This document shows positions 30,548 through 41,273 of a stretch of 64,000 nt of DNA, piece by piece. The notes under the pieces were generated by a model, which saw only the letters and a program-made list of their open reading frames with translations, did not search any database and was not told where the DNA came from. A program made the translations under genes and the position numbers. The stretch spans positions 2,141,531-2,205,530 of the forward strand of contig OY282444.1 of NCBI GenBank assembly GCA_958296125.1, given 5' to 3'. The stretch's first letter is position 1. The number at the start of each line of letters is the position of its first letter. This DNA comes from an uncultured Poribacteria bacterium. GTDB taxonomy: Bacteria > Poribacteria > WGA-4E > PCPOR2b.

Positions 30548-30608
30548 CACATCATACTCATTATAGATTCGTCCCCGAACCCATTTGGGGAACAGAAAGG
30601 ATAATCCA

Positions 30609-31085
30609 ATGAAGAAGCATCCAGTCAGCCTAACGGTCAATACTGATACGTATGATCTGTTGATTGAACCGAGAAAGACATTGTTAGCGACCCTTCGTGA
30701 CACGATCGGTTTAACGGGTACGAAAGAAGGCTGCAGCACCGGCGATTGTGGCGCGTGTACAGTCATTGTAGATGGAAAAGCGGTGACATCTTGTATGATG
30801 CTTGGTGTCAGTGCCAACGGCAAGGAAATCACGACTGTAGAAGGGCTAGCAAGCCGAGATCAGCTGCACCCCATCCAGCAAGCGTTCATAGATAAAGGGG
30901 GATACCAATGTGGCTTCTGCACGCCGGGATTTATCGTGGCATCCAAAGCATACCTTGATGAAAACCCCAATGCAACAGAAGCAGAGATAAGGCACGCCCT
31001 TGGTAATAACATCTGCCGATGCACGGGGTATACGAAGATTATCGAAGCTGTGATGAGTGCAGCAGAAGCGATGCGTAATGCGTGA
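30609..31085 (+). CDS. (2Fe-2S) subunit (CoxS family)
   Basis: GTKEGCSTGDCGACTV, QCGFCTPG and NICRCTGY. Confidence 0.93.
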   Translation: MKKHPVSLTVNTDTYDLLIEPRKTLLATLRDTIGLTGTKEGCSTGDCGACTVIVDGKAVTSCMMLGVSANGKEITTVEGLASRDQLHPIQQAFIDKGGYQCGFCTPGFIVASKAYLDENPNATEAEIRHALGNNICRCTGYTKIIEAVMSAAEAMRNA

Positions 31086-31170
31086 TACCCACCCCGCATT
31101 GAGGTCAAGATTTTAACCTTTACGTTTTACGCATCACGTTTCACGTTCCATCCCAAAAAGGAGATTTGTC

Positions 31171-33468
31171 ATGTCAGAATATGCTGTTCTTGGCAAAAGA
31201 GTACCACGAGTTGATGCCCTCGAAAAAGTGACAGGTGCGGCGCAGTATGGAGGAGATGTCCACCTGCCCGGTATGCTTCACGGGAAGTTTGTTCGCAGCA
31301 AACACCCGCACGCAAAGATCCTGAATATTGATACGAGCGAAGCTGAAAAACTGCCCGGTGTCCGAGCTATCATCACCCAAGATGATGTCGAGAGTGGACG
31401 ACGGGTCTTTGCTTCTGATAAAGTCCTATATCTTGGTGAACCGATAGCAGCGGTTGCGGCAACAGATCCGGATATCGCGGAGGAAGCTGCGGATCTCATC
31501 CAGATCGACTACGAAGTACTCCCCGCTGTTCAGGATGTGATGGAAGCCATTCAGCCGGACGCGCCACGTCTACATAGCGATGATACGAAAGATGGACCCG
31601 CCCGTCGAGCAATTAGCACCGTCTTGAGAAAACTTGAGCGAGACAACTCGCAAGACCACAGCGCAGAGATTGCCGAGTTAAACGCGCAGTTGGAAACCAT
31701 TGAGGGCGAGGTCTATTACAATATCTCTGCTGAAACACACTCCGCAAGCGGCGATGTCGAACAAGGTTTCGCCGAATCAGATCTTGTTGTCGAAGATACC
31801 TATGTCATTCCACGGGTGCATCAGACCTACATGGAGCCACACGTCTCCGTCGCTGATGTCGAGTCCACTGGAAAAGTGACGGTATGGGCAAGTACGCAGG
31901 GTCCCTTCGCCATCCGATCCGGCATCGCCGGTACGCTTGGTATTCCGCTCAATCAGATTAACGTTATCCCGACGACGATGGGCGGCGGATTTGGTGGACG
32001 TTTCGGCGTTGTGCTCACGCATGTGCCCGCTGTCCTTCTTTCCCAAAAGACGGGACGCCCGGTGAAGATTCAGATGACCCGCGAAGAGGAGTTTACCGAT
32101 GGCCGCCCGGCACCGGGCTGCGTGATTAAATTGAAGACCGGCGTGAAGAATGATGGCACAATCCTCGCCCGTGAAGGACTGGCTTTTTGGGATTCCGGTT
32201 CCATATCGGGTGCCTCGATCGGGAGTACCATCCGCCTGCGTGGTGTCTATAAGTTCCCGCACCTAAAGGTTGATGCGTATGGTGTCTACACAAATAAGTC
32301 AGGCACCGCCGCCTATCGGGCGCCGGGAACACCACAGGTGGCTTTTGCTGGCGAGTCTCAGCTTGACGAGATAGCCCGTAAGCTCAACCTGGATCCGGTT
32401 GAATTTCGCCTCAAAAACATGCGGGTCACGGGAGACCCGGTGCCTGCGGGTCCGAAAGAGCCCAAAGTCGGTTATAAGGAAACCCTGCAAGCGGTCGCGG
32501 ATGCGGTGGATTGGAAGAATCGCACGAAGGGACCGAATCAAGGGTGGGGTGTGGCGATCGGCGATTGGACAAATGGCTGTGGACCGGGTGGGATGTTTGT
32601 TTCTATCCACGAAGATGGGAGCGCGCGAATCTTCCACGGTTCAATAGACATCACCGGCACAGATACCGCACTCGCCCAGATTGTCGCTGAAATCTTGACC
32701 CTCCCCTATGAGGATGTCACAATCTCACGCGGCGATACCGATTCAGCACCCTATGCCACCGGCTCCGGCGGCAGTGTTGTCACCTTCACAATGGGCAATA
32801 CCGCCAAGCTCGCTGCGGAGGATACACAGAGACGCCTCCTCGAACTCGCCTCTGAGCGGTTGAACACCGAGGTTGAATCCCTCGAACTCAAGGATGGAAG
32901 GGTCTCAACCATCGTGGGCGATCCACCGAAGTCGATCGGATTCGGCGAATTGGCTGCATACAGCCTCTCAACAACGGGTGGGCCTATCGTTGGCAAAGGC
33001 TCCTTTGCACGAAAGCCTTCGACACCGGCCCTTGCAGCGCAGATTGCTAAGGTCGAAATCGACCCGGAGACCGGCAGGATTAAAGTGTTGAAGATGGCAT
33101 CCTCACAGGATGTCGGCTTCGCCATTAACCCGATGGCGGTTGAAGGGCAGATTGAGGGCGGCACGGTGCAAGGCTACGCTTGGGCGACTATGGAGGAGAT
33201 GCAGTATGACAAGAAGGGCAATGTGAATCCGGGCTTCGTCGATTATCGCGTGCCTACCTCCGCGGATCTCCCCACCGTTGAGTCCGTTATCGTTGAAGTG
33301 GAAGCACCCGATGGACCGTTTGGTGCGAAGGGTGTCGGTGAACCCCCAATCACTCCAACGTTGGCAACCATGGCAAACGCTGTCACCGACGCGGTTGGCA
33401 TCCGGATAACGGAACTCCCAATGAAACCGGAGAAGGTTGTCGCTGCGTTGCACGGCAACGGGAAGTAG
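31171..33468 (+). CDS. Xanthine dehydrogenase-family molybdopterin-binding subunit
   Basis: KVTG.A.Y, MEPH, GGGFGG, AYRAPG, GQIEGG and GAKGVGEPP. Confidence 0.92.
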   Translation: MSEYAVLGKRVPRVDALEKVTGAAQYGGDVHLPGMLHGKFVRSKHPHAKILNIDTSEAEKLPGVRAIITQDDVESGRRVFASDKVLYLGEPIAAVAATDPDIAEEAADLIQIDYEVLPAVQDVMEAIQPDAPRLHSDDTKDGPARRAISTVLRKLERDNSQDHSAEIAELNAQLETIEGEVYYNISAETHSASGDVEQGFAESDLVVEDTYVIPRVHQTYMEPHVSVADVESTGKVTVWASTQGPFAIRSGIAGTLGIPLNQINVIPTTMGGGFGGRFGVVLTHVPAVLLSQKTGRPVKIQMTREEEFTDGRPAPGCVIKLKTGVKNDGTILAREGLAFWDSGSISGASIGSTIRLRGVYKFPHLKVDAYGVYTNKSGTAAYRAPGTPQVAFAGESQLDEIARKLNLDPVEFRLKNMRVTGDPVPAGPKEPKVGYKETLQAVADAVDWKNRTKGPNQGWGVAIGDWTNGCGPGGMFVSIHEDGSARIFHGSIDITGTDTALAQIVAEILTLPYEDVTISRGDTDSAPYATGSGGSVVTFTMGNTAKLAAEDTQRRLLELASERLNTEVESLELKDGRVSTIVGDPPKSIGFGELAAYSLSTTGGPIVGKGSFARKPSTPALAAQIAKVEIDPETGRIKVLKMASSQDVGFAINPMAVEGQIEGGTVQGYAWATMEEMQYDKKGNVNPGFVDYRVPTSADLPTVESVIVEVEAPDGPFGAKGVGEPPITPTLATMANAVTDAVGIRITELPMKPEKVVAALHGNGK

Positions 33469-33598
33469 AAGCAGAACCGGTAGGGGCATGGCATAACCTG
33501 CTCCTACCAGTATTCTTCATCAGCCTTTATGGTATCGTGGACGTAGTCGGATGGTTCATCGTTCGTTGGATTAAGACGACGAGCACTCAAGTATACCC

Positions 33599-35626
33599 TT
33601 AACAGGATTGTTCAGCGCGCAGGACACGGCGCATGATTTTGTTGGAGGCGGTTCGGGGCAGGGCATCGACAACAATAATGTTGTGAATCCTAAAGAGCGG
33701 ATTGAGATGGCTCCGGATCGCCGATTGTAAAGAAGTAGTCAGCGATTGCGTATCTGCGCCTGGCAGAAGCACGGCGTAAATGACCAGTTGGCTGGGTCCA
33801 CCGTCGGGCGGAGACACGGCAATCGCGGCGACTTCTCGAATGCCGCTCACGGAATTGAGGACTTCCTCAATCTCTGCCGAACTGACTTTGATGCCGCCGA
33901 GATTCATCGTATCATCTACGCGCCCGTGGATGCGGTAGTAGCCATCAGCCAGTTGCTCAACTCCATCCCCATGACGACGGAGAAGCGATCCCTTCGACAG
34001 TTGGGGAGTTCCCTCAAAGTACACCTCATGATGGTCTTTGTTTAGTAACTCGGTGGAAAGTCCAATGGAGGGCGGTATTACAAAGACCTCTCCGTTATCG
34101 CTCAGCTGACCATCCTCATCGCAGATGACGACATCCAGTCCCAAGGCGGGGGTTGTAAAGGTTGCCGGGGCAGCAGGCTGGACGGTCGTGCCGGTGAGAT
34201 AACCACCGCCTATCTCGGTCCCGCCACAATACTCAATAATTGGACGGTATCCCGCCAAGGACATCAGAAACAGCATATCTTCCGAGTGAGAACACTCACC
34301 TGTGGAGCTGAAGGCTTTGATCGCGTGCCAGTCGAGCCCCTTCATACACTCCGTGTTTTTCCAACTTCTCACCAGACTCGGCACAACGCCAAGCATTGTA
34401 ACGCGAGCGTTCTGCACAAACTCGCCAAATTCCCTTTCCGTCGGAGCACCGTCGTATAACGCAATCGTCGCCCGGTTGATTAAACTCGCGTAGATGAGCC
34501 AGGGTCCCATCATCCACCCAAGATTCGTGGGCCAAGCCAACACATCTCCGTGCTGAATATCATGATGCAAGTAAGCATCTGAGGCGCACTTAATTGGTGT
34601 AATTTGCATCCACGGAATTGCTTTAGGCTCTCCAGTCGTTCCCGAAGAAAACAGGATGTTCGTGTGGTTATGTGGATCACAGCCAACTGCATCAAACTGA
34701 TCGCTATCGCTGAGAAACCCCTCCCAACTTAAATCACCGTTTCGTAATTCCAGCGAGGGTTCGTCTCCACGGGAGAGCACAATCGCTTTTGGCGCGTTGG
34801 TGTCAACAACCTTCGCATATAGCGGCAACTGTTTTCCAGCACGGCGGATATAGTCTTGCGTAAAAATCCCTTTCGCATTTGCGATACGCAAACGCATCTG
34901 GATCTCATCCGGCGCGAAACTATCCGCAATCGAAATCACGACACCGCCCGCTCTGATGATGCCCAGATAGATGGCAACCGATTCGATGTGCATCGGCATA
35001 TTAACGGCGATAGCATCGCCCGGCTCGAAACCGGCAGCCGTGAAGCCATTGGCAACCCGATTGGTCAGTGCGTTGAGTTCACCGTAAGTCATCGCTGCAA
35101 GTGGCGAACCCTCTGCCTGAAATACAATAGCGGTGGCATCGCTTGGCGCGTTAAAACAACTCTCGACGATGTTAAGCCGTGCGTCCACGAGCCACTTGGG
35201 GAATTCATCGCCTTTGGACAGATCAACCACCTCGCTGAATTTTCGATTGAATTGAATCCCAAGCCTTTCAATCATCAACTCCCAAAAATCGGCGCGATGG
35301 TGCACCGACCACGAATGGAGTGCTTCGTAAGAATTGAGATGGAGTTCTCGCATAACCATCGCAATGTTTGTTTTCTCAACCTGATCCTCAGTCGGAAACC
35401 AAGCGGGTGCAGCTACACCCGCCCAGTTAGCAAAAACCGCATCGTAGAGGAGTTGATGAAGGGCGAATGGGTGGTCAGGGGTTAAAATGGTCTGCGAGAT
35501 TTCCAACCAACAGGCTGCGGGTGGGAGTGATGCGAGTAATGGGTTGATACGCTCTATCATTCGTTCCGATGTCGATTGGTCCAATCCGCATTCGGTGAGG
35601 TTTTCACTCGTCAGTTGCTTCGCCAT
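33599..35626 (-). CDS. Acyl-CoA synthetase (acetate-CoA ligase-like, AMP-binding)
   Basis: FSSGTTGEPK, YCGGTEIGG, GRVDDTMNLGG and PRTASNK; GGAG RBS before MAKQ. Confidence 0.9.
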   Translation of the reverse strand: MAKQLTSENLTECGLDQSTSERMIERINPLLASLPPAACWLEISQTILTPDHPFALHQLLYDAVFANWAGVAAPAWFPTEDQVEKTNIAMVMRELHLNSYEALHSWSVHHRADFWELMIERLGIQFNRKFSEVVDLSKGDEFPKWLVDARLNIVESCFNAPSDATAIVFQAEGSPLAAMTYGELNALTNRVANGFTAAGFEPGDAIAVNMPMHIESVAIYLGIIRAGGVVISIADSFAPDEIQMRLRIANAKGIFTQDYIRRAGKQLPLYAKVVDTNAPKAIVLSRGDEPSLELRNGDLSWEGFLSDSDQFDAVGCDPHNHTNILFSSGTTGEPKAIPWMQITPIKCASDAYLHHDIQHGDVLAWPTNLGWMMGPWLIYASLINRATIALYDGAPTEREFGEFVQNARVTMLGVVPSLVRSWKNTECMKGLDWHAIKAFSSTGECSHSEDMLFLMSLAGYRPIIEYCGGTEIGGGYLTGTTVQPAAPATFTTPALGLDVVICDEDGQLSDNGEVFVIPPSIGLSTELLNKDHHEVYFEGTPQLSKGSLLRRHGDGVEQLADGYYRIHGRVDDTMNLGGIKVSSAEIEEVLNSVSGIREVAAIAVSPPDGGPSQLVIYAVLLPGADTQSLTTSLQSAIRSHLNPLFRIHNIIVVDALPRTASNKIMRRVLRAEQSC

Positions 35627-35706
35627 TACAGGGGGTCTCCTGTGAATTGCTAATGCCGACATTTTAGCAGAAAGTCAGATTGAACAGTCCCTGATCTTCT
35701 CTCCGC

Positions 35707-36390
35707 TTACACTCCTAACGCGGCTAGTGCTGCCCTGCCAGTTGGGAGAATCTCAAACTCTCGTCCCGCCTCCACCATGGTATCCCAGATGTATGCTCCC
35801 AGCGACTGTGCACCGATGATGGAAAATGCTGGCACCCCGCCGATGTCGCGACGGATGATTAGCTGTGTTGTTTTGGCGAGACTGCTCTGTTTCGCTGTTT
35901 CGTTTGGGAAGGCCGAAGGGTGGAAATCCAATCCACACACCTTGCTCAACAGTTCTTGACTATCAGGACCAATCACCCGGATCTCCGCTCGTCCGTGCGT
36001 TATATCTGTGACTGTGACGAATTGTTCAGCCGCTGCCGATGCGGTCGTCAGCTTTTTCCGTGCGTTAGCCTCTCTGCCGGGCGGCGTGCTAATGAAAAAG
36101 AGGTCATTCCGCAAACGATAGATTCCATCGTGTCCTTCGTTGACTTTGAGGGCCCCTAATTTCAAGGTATCCATCAACACAGATTCGGCTTGATCTCCTT
36201 CGAGCAGCAGCTTCCCATTCGGGGTTTCGTCGGCGAGGGCAAGCCCTTCCTGTGCGGCAGCAATTTCCGCTTTCAGGGTTGTATAAACCTCTGGGATACG
36301 CCATCCGCGTTGTTCGGTGAACGTCGCGCCCAAGCGTTGGGCGATGGAGTATAATGGGGTCAACTTGATGGGTGTTTTGGAGGTGTTCAC
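35707..36390 (-). CDS. soxG: Sarcosine oxidase gamma-like / GcvT-fragment subunit
   Basis: VTDITHG, LLSKVCGLDFHPSAF and YIWD; last gene of the soxBDA operon. Confidence 0.75.
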   Translation of the reverse strand: MNTSKTPIKLTPLYSIAQRLGATFTEQRGWRIPEVYTTLKAEIAAAQEGLALADETPNGKLLLEGDQAESVLMDTLKLGALKVNEGHDGIYRLRNDLFFISTPPGREANARKKLTTASAAAEQFVTVTDITHGRAEIRVIGPDSQELLSKVCGLDFHPSAFPNETAKQSSLAKTTQLIIRRDIGGVPAFSIIGAQSLGAYIWDTMVEAGREFEILPTGRAALAALGV

Positions 36391-39320
36391 ATGCGTAACC
36401 TTTCTCCGCTGGGGTCATAAAAGGCACCGTGATGGACATGCGCCGCTTTCAGGTCTCCCCCCATGCGAATTGTAAAGGATGCACCGTTTTGAGATGCCAA
36501 ATCCGCCGGCAGCCAACAGAGTCCAATCGCTTCCTCTAGGGTTGGACTGAATCGACTGGAGGTGACCCAACCGATAATTTTCAACCGGCCATCCACTTCA
36601 GGCGCGACAACCTGTAGCCCTTCGGCTGGAACAACGTCCGGATCAACCATCTTGAAGCCTACTAGCAGCTGCTTGGGTCCTTCGGCAGAAATTCGCATCA
36701 AGGAAGGTTTGCCCAGAAAATCGGGTTTGTTCAATTTTACCGCCCACGCCATATTGGCAGAGAGTGGATCGGACATGGCATCGGTGTCCTGTCCGACGAT
36801 AATGTGCCCCTTCTCCAATCGCAATATGCGCTGTGCCTCAAGACCAAATGGCGCAATACCCAACTCTCTACCTACGTCCATCAGTGCTTCCCAGACGTGC
36901 AGCGCATAACCGGACGGACAGTGAACCTCGTAGGCGAGTTCACCGGTGAAACCGATACGCAGCAATTGACACGGCACATCCGCAATCTTGGCGGAACGGA
37001 TACGCATGTAAGGGAAGGCTTTGTTGGCGAGGTTGCGCGCTGTTAATTTCTCCAGCACCGTCCGTGATTGGGGACCTGCCAAGTTGAATGCGGCATAGGT
37101 ATCGGTCAGGTCCGTTAAGTGGACACCCTCCCCCCACCCCGATTGCAACCACCACTGCAGCCACTCAAAGACCGCTGTTGCACCGGTGGAGGTGGTGGTC
37201 ATATACCACGTTTCGTCCTTCAGATGGGCGCAGACCCCGTCGTTTAGCACCACACCTTCGTCATTGCACATCACGCCGTAGCGCACTCGCCCCACGCGGA
37301 GATTGTGCCATTGGTTAGTGTAGATGCGTTCGAGCAGTTTGGGGACTCCAGGACCGGTAAGTTGTAGTTTCCCTAACGGGCTCACGTCAATAAGCCCGCC
37401 CTGTTTGCGAACGCACACCGCCTCTGCCGCTGGATCGCCGTAATGGTTTGGACGTAACCACAACCCCGCGACCATCATGTTTGCGCCGTGATCGAGATGC
37501 CATTGATGAATAGGGGTTGTCTGCACCGGTTCCACGTTTTGTCCCGCCAGAGCCCCTAGTGTCACCGGCGCGATGGGAGGTCTCGCAGTCGTGGTGCCGG
37601 TCTCCTGCACTGTCCGGCCGTTGGCCCGGGCGCAAAGGTGGATAGTATTCATCGAGCACATCGCACCCTGACAGGGTCCCATTGAGATGGTGCTGTATCG
37701 TTTGAGCAACTCGATGCTGTCGTATCCTTCCGCAATCGCTGTCTCCACGTCCTCGTCGGTGACATCTTCGCAATAACACACGAATCGCTTCTTTTTGCCG
37801 GGCACGCACACCCGTTCGGAAGTGCGGCGCGGTTCCGAAATGTCAGAAGCTTGTGCTGCTAACTCGTCAAATTCACCGAAACCTGCGAAGGTGGCCGCAT
37901 TCGATCCAGCTTGCCACGCTTCGGTAATCTGTGAATCCACGGCGTGTATTCCTGCCGCTCGCCCTGCCACATAGATACCGGGTGGGGTAGACACCGGCAC
38001 TGTTTCCGCTCGGTCTGCACTGTATTCCGATTTTCCACCCGCCATATACAAAAGTTCCGTAGCAGGGGTCCAACCCATGCTTGTCACGATGAGATCGCAC
38101 TGCAGCACTTGTGTCGTCGCGGGAGCGATTTCACCGCGTCCGTCGAGACGCACAATCTTTGCTCCGCTGACTGCGCTTGAACCGATGGCTTCACGGATGG
38201 TATGCCGATAGAACACCGGAACGCCGATATTCGCCAATCCATCCCTATATGGACTGGAGCAAGCGTTGTGCTCACGTTCGTCCACGATCGCCGCTACGTT
38301 CACCCCCAGTGCCTGAAGGTCGGCGGCGACATCCCAGCCATCCTCGTTAGCGGTTACAATCACGACCTGCCTGCCGGGAAGGACACCGAAAAGGTGAAGC
38401 AGACGCTGTGCGGCACTACCCAACATAACGCCCGGCAGGTCGTTGTTGTCGAAGATAAGCGGCGTTTCGTAGGCACCTGTTGCCACAACCACCGACTTCG
38501 TCCGTATCTTGAACAGACGCGCTCCCTTCGCGGCGCAAAGCCAGTTGTCTTGATACCAACCCAGAACACTCGTATCGGTGAAAGCCGTGACATTTGGCTG
38601 CTGACTGAGGGCTTCTAGCAATTCAGGTAGGTCTTTGGACACTTGCGAGGGCAAGGAGGAGTGTAGGGGGACGGTGAAGCGGAGGTGCCCTCCGAGAGCT
38701 GAGTTCTCGTCGAAAAGCAACACTTGTGCGCCGCCTTCCGCTGCCCCCAATGCCGCGCTGATCCCTGCCGGCCCGCTACCGACTACGACGACATCGGTAT
38801 GCAGATATTGCTTGTCAAACTTGCCTGAAGGTGTATCAATATCGACCTCACCCAAACCAGCGGCATGACGTAGGGTATGTTCGTAGAGAGGCCACAGCTT
38901 TTTGGGACGAATGAAAGTCTTATAGTAAAAGCCGACCGGCATCAAACGGGATCCCAGTTGGGTCAGGGAAAGCAAATCTCGATTGAGCGAGGGCCAAACG
39001 TTCTGCGCTCGCACGTCCATCCCCGCTTCGACGGATCTCATACAGGCGCGGACGTTTGGTTCATCTCCAATTTGCACCAGACAGTTGGGGCAGTGCCCGG
39101 CGCAACAGAGCAGCCCACGCGGACGATGATACTTAAACGAGCGGCTCAAGACTTTGACACCCGCCGCTGTCAAAGCCGAAGCAACGGTATCGCCAGGGTG
39201 GGCGATATACTTCACCCCATCAAAAGTGAATCGAATTGTGGTAGAGCGATCAATCACCTCACCTTGCTTTGGATGGAGTCGATTGGGCGTTGTTTTTAGT
39301 GTATCTTGTTCAGTTTGCAT
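36387..39320 (-). CDS. soxA: Sarcosine oxidase alpha subunit
   Basis: GDTVASAL, RSFKYHRPRG, GSGPAG, KRYSTISMGPCQG, RIGFTGELAYE and LRLEKGH; start taken at MQTEQ after GGAG. Confidence 0.92.
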   Translation of the reverse strand: MQTEQDTLKTTPNRLHPKQGEVIDRSTTIRFTFDGVKYIAHPGDTVASALTAAGVKVLSRSFKYHRPRGLLCCAGHCPNCLVQIGDEPNVRACMRSVEAGMDVRAQNVWPSLNRDLLSLTQLGSRLMPVGFYYKTFIRPKKLWPLYEHTLRHAAGLGEVDIDTPSGKFDKQYLHTDVVVVGSGPAGISAALGAAEGGAQVLLFDENSALGGHLRFTVPLHSSLPSQVSKDLPELLEALSQQPNVTAFTDTSVLGWYQDNWLCAAKGARLFKIRTKSVVVATGAYETPLIFDNNDLPGVMLGSAAQRLLHLFGVLPGRQVVIVTANEDGWDVAADLQALGVNVAAIVDEREHNACSSPYRDGLANIGVPVFYRHTIREAIGSSAVSGAKIVRLDGRGEIAPATTQVLQCDLIVTSMGWTPATELLYMAGGKSEYSADRAETVPVSTPPGIYVAGRAAGIHAVDSQITEAWQAGSNAATFAGFGEFDELAAQASDISEPRRTSERVCVPGKKKRFVCYCEDVTDEDVETAIAEGYDSIELLKRYSTISMGPCQGAMCSMNTIHLCARANGRTVQETGTTTARPPIAPVTLGALAGQNVEPVQTTPIHQWHLDHGANMMVAGLWLRPNHYGDPAAEAVCVRKQGGLIDVSPLGKLQLTGPGVPKLLERIYTNQWHNLRVGRVRYGVMCNDEGVVLNDGVCAHLKDETWYMTTTSTGATAVFEWLQWWLQSGWGEGVHLTDLTDTYAAFNLAGPQSRTVLEKLTARNLANKAFPYMRIRSAKIADVPCQLLRIGFTGELAYEVHCPSGYALHVWEALMDVGRELGIAPFGLEAQRILRLEKGHIIVGQDTDAMSDPLSANMAWAVKLNKPDFLGKPSLMRISAEGPKQLLVGFKMVDPDVVPAEGLQVVAPEVDGRLKIIGWVTSSRFSPTLEEAIGLCWLPADLASQNGASFTIRMGGDLKAAHVHHGAFYDPSGERLRM

Positions 39321-39381
39321 TAATTCTCCAATTACCGCACCTGATACCTGATAGATAATCGCAAAATGGGGAGAGACCCCA

Positions 39382-39648
39382 TCACGCATCACGCTTCACG
39401 TAAGGGAAAGTCTTTATCACTTCGTTAGTCCGTGTATACCGCTCTGCCAGAAACCATAGACCACAACCATCGCTGTGATGCCACCACTCCGTTTGTGCGC
39501 CCATGACGTTATGGCGCATGTAGAGATAGTTTGCCCATTCTGCATCACTAGTAGCCGACGGGTCTTTGGGACGCGGACCATACTCTCCACCAAAACGGAA
39601 TTCGCTCACATTTCGATCTCCGCAGTTAGGACAGGTTAAAAGTAACAT
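39382..39648 (-). CDS. soxD: Sarcosine oxidase delta subunit
   Basis: CPNCGDR..EF.FGG, YLYMR, EWWHH.DGC and ER.T.TNE. Confidence 0.92.
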   Translation of the reverse strand: MLLLTCPNCGDRNVSEFRFGGEYGPRPKDPSATSDAEWANYLYMRHNVMGAQTEWWHHSDGCGLWFLAERYTRTNEVIKTFPYVKRDA

Positions 39649-39852
39649 ATATTGACCTCCATTCACGTTTCACTCATGTTAAGAAATCGTGCAACAGTAA
39701 TCGCAGGGGCGGGGTCTCCCCGTCCGAACATTTACAGTTTTGGGCGGACTGTAGGGGCAAGTTACCCGTCTTTAATCTCTCTTTTTTTATTTGTGTAAAT
39801 TCGCGTTGATTCGCGGATACTTCGCACCTTCTTTTTACATGAACCTCGCGTT

Positions 39853-41091
39853 TTAGTGTCCCACTGCCGCCGCACCTTTCTCACCGACCAGATCATTTTC
39901 CTCAAAACGTGATAAGCGGAAGGGGACGATGAGGATTGGAGGCTTGCCGGTGGCGATTAACTCTGCCAAGGTTTTGCCGGCAATGGGGGAGGCCTTGAAC
40001 CCGTAAGTTCCCCAACCGACATCTATCAGAAAGCCATTGACGGGGGTGAACCCCATGATTGGGCTATAGTCGGGAGGCATTTCACAGATGCCAGCCCACT
40101 GACGCAGGATACGGACATGGCTCAGAGACGGGAAAAGTTCGAGAACGTGCCCCGCAATGCCTTCGAGAAATGCGAGGGAACCCGCCATCGAATAGGAGGA
40201 AAAGGGGTCTACGCTCGCGCCCATCACTAACTCCCCCCGATCGGTCTGGCTGATGTAGACGTGCAGGCTACCGGAGACAACCACCACATCCAAGAAGGGC
40301 TTGAGCGGCTCGGTCACACAGGCTTGCAGGGGGATGGTGGTCAGCGGCAGCTTGACCCCCACCATCGCTGTAATTGTTGAAGCCCAGCCGGCGGTCGCGT
40401 TGAGGACCGTTCCCGTTTTGATGTGACCACGCGTTGTTTCCACGCCGGTCACTTTTCCGTCCTGCACCTTGATCCCGGTTACCTCTGTATTCTGGTGGAT
40501 GTGGACCCCGCGCACGTCCGCTTGATGGGCATACCCCCAAACGACCGCATCATGGCGAATGATACCGCCGGGCGGATGGTAGAGTGCCGCCAAAATGGGA
40601 TAGCGGGGATGGTCGCTCACGTCGAGATAGGGGCAGAGGCTTTTGATGTCATCGGGAAAAATCAGGCGCGAATCCACGCCTTCGATCTGATTGACCTCCG
40701 CTCGACGGCGCATGGTATTGACCCCGCCATCGGTGTGGGCAAGTGTCAAGTGCCCCCGCTGGCTAAACATCACATTGAAATTGAGTTCATCCGACAACTG
40801 CTCGTAAAGTTTAACACTCTGGTTATAAAAGCGCACACCTTCTGAGGTGAGGTAGTTGCTGCGGATGATAGCGGTGTTACGTCCGCTGCCGCCCGCACCG
40901 ATGTAGCTTTTTTCCAGCACAGCCACATCGGTGATGCCGTGCTCTTTGGCGAGATAATAGGCACAAGCGAGCCCGTGTGCCCCCCCGCCGATGATAACGA
41001 CATCGTAGTATTCTTTCAGTTCATGCGACCGCCACATTTTTGGAGGGGGTCGGTTGCCGTTGAAGGCTTGTCGGATGAGTTGGATTGACAT
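39853..41091 (-). CDS. soxB: Sarcosine oxidase beta subunit
   Basis: GGGAHGLA.AYYLAKEHG, GRNTAIIRSNY, RHDAVVWGYA, GWGTYGFK and EKGAAAVGH. Confidence 0.95.
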   Translation of the reverse strand: MSIQLIRQAFNGNRPPPKMWRSHELKEYYDVVIIGGGAHGLACAYYLAKEHGITDVAVLEKSYIGAGGSGRNTAIIRSNYLTSEGVRFYNQSVKLYEQLSDELNFNVMFSQRGHLTLAHTDGGVNTMRRRAEVNQIEGVDSRLIFPDDIKSLCPYLDVSDHPRYPILAALYHPPGGIIRHDAVVWGYAHQADVRGVHIHQNTEVTGIKVQDGKVTGVETTRGHIKTGTVLNATAGWASTITAMVGVKLPLTTIPLQACVTEPLKPFLDVVVVSGSLHVYISQTDRGELVMGASVDPFSSYSMAGSLAFLEGIAGHVLELFPSLSHVRILRQWAGICEMPPDYSPIMGFTPVNGFLIDVGWGTYGFKASPIAGKTLAELIATGKPPILIVPFRLSRFEENDLVGEKGAAAVGH

Positions 41092-41139
41092 TTATTTCCC
41101 CGTAAAACTTCAAGCATTGCGTCTTGGCATATCTGTGTT

Positions 41140-41273
41140 CTAGTTGCCAGCGCGTGGAACAGCGCGTAATAGGTGGCACTAACTGACCGCCTCAGGTTGG
41201 CTTCGCGGGGACGGCCTCTGCTCGTTCCGCGTGCCAGTTGTTTGGCAATTCTTAGCAAATCACGCGGATTCAA
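41140..41273 (-). pseudogene. Truncated HEPN-like toxin (N-terminal about 43 aa)
   Basis: MNPRDLL..A..L..RPREANLRRSVSATYYALFHALA is a HEPN-type N-terminus. It then runs into unrelated sequence overlapping soxB. Confidence 0.65.

Noticed and set aside
29469-33468. Aerobic CO dehydrogenase coxMSL
   Set aside because: The active-site loop is AYRAPG, not AYXCSFR (form I) or AYXGAGR (form II), and no cox accessory genes are present.
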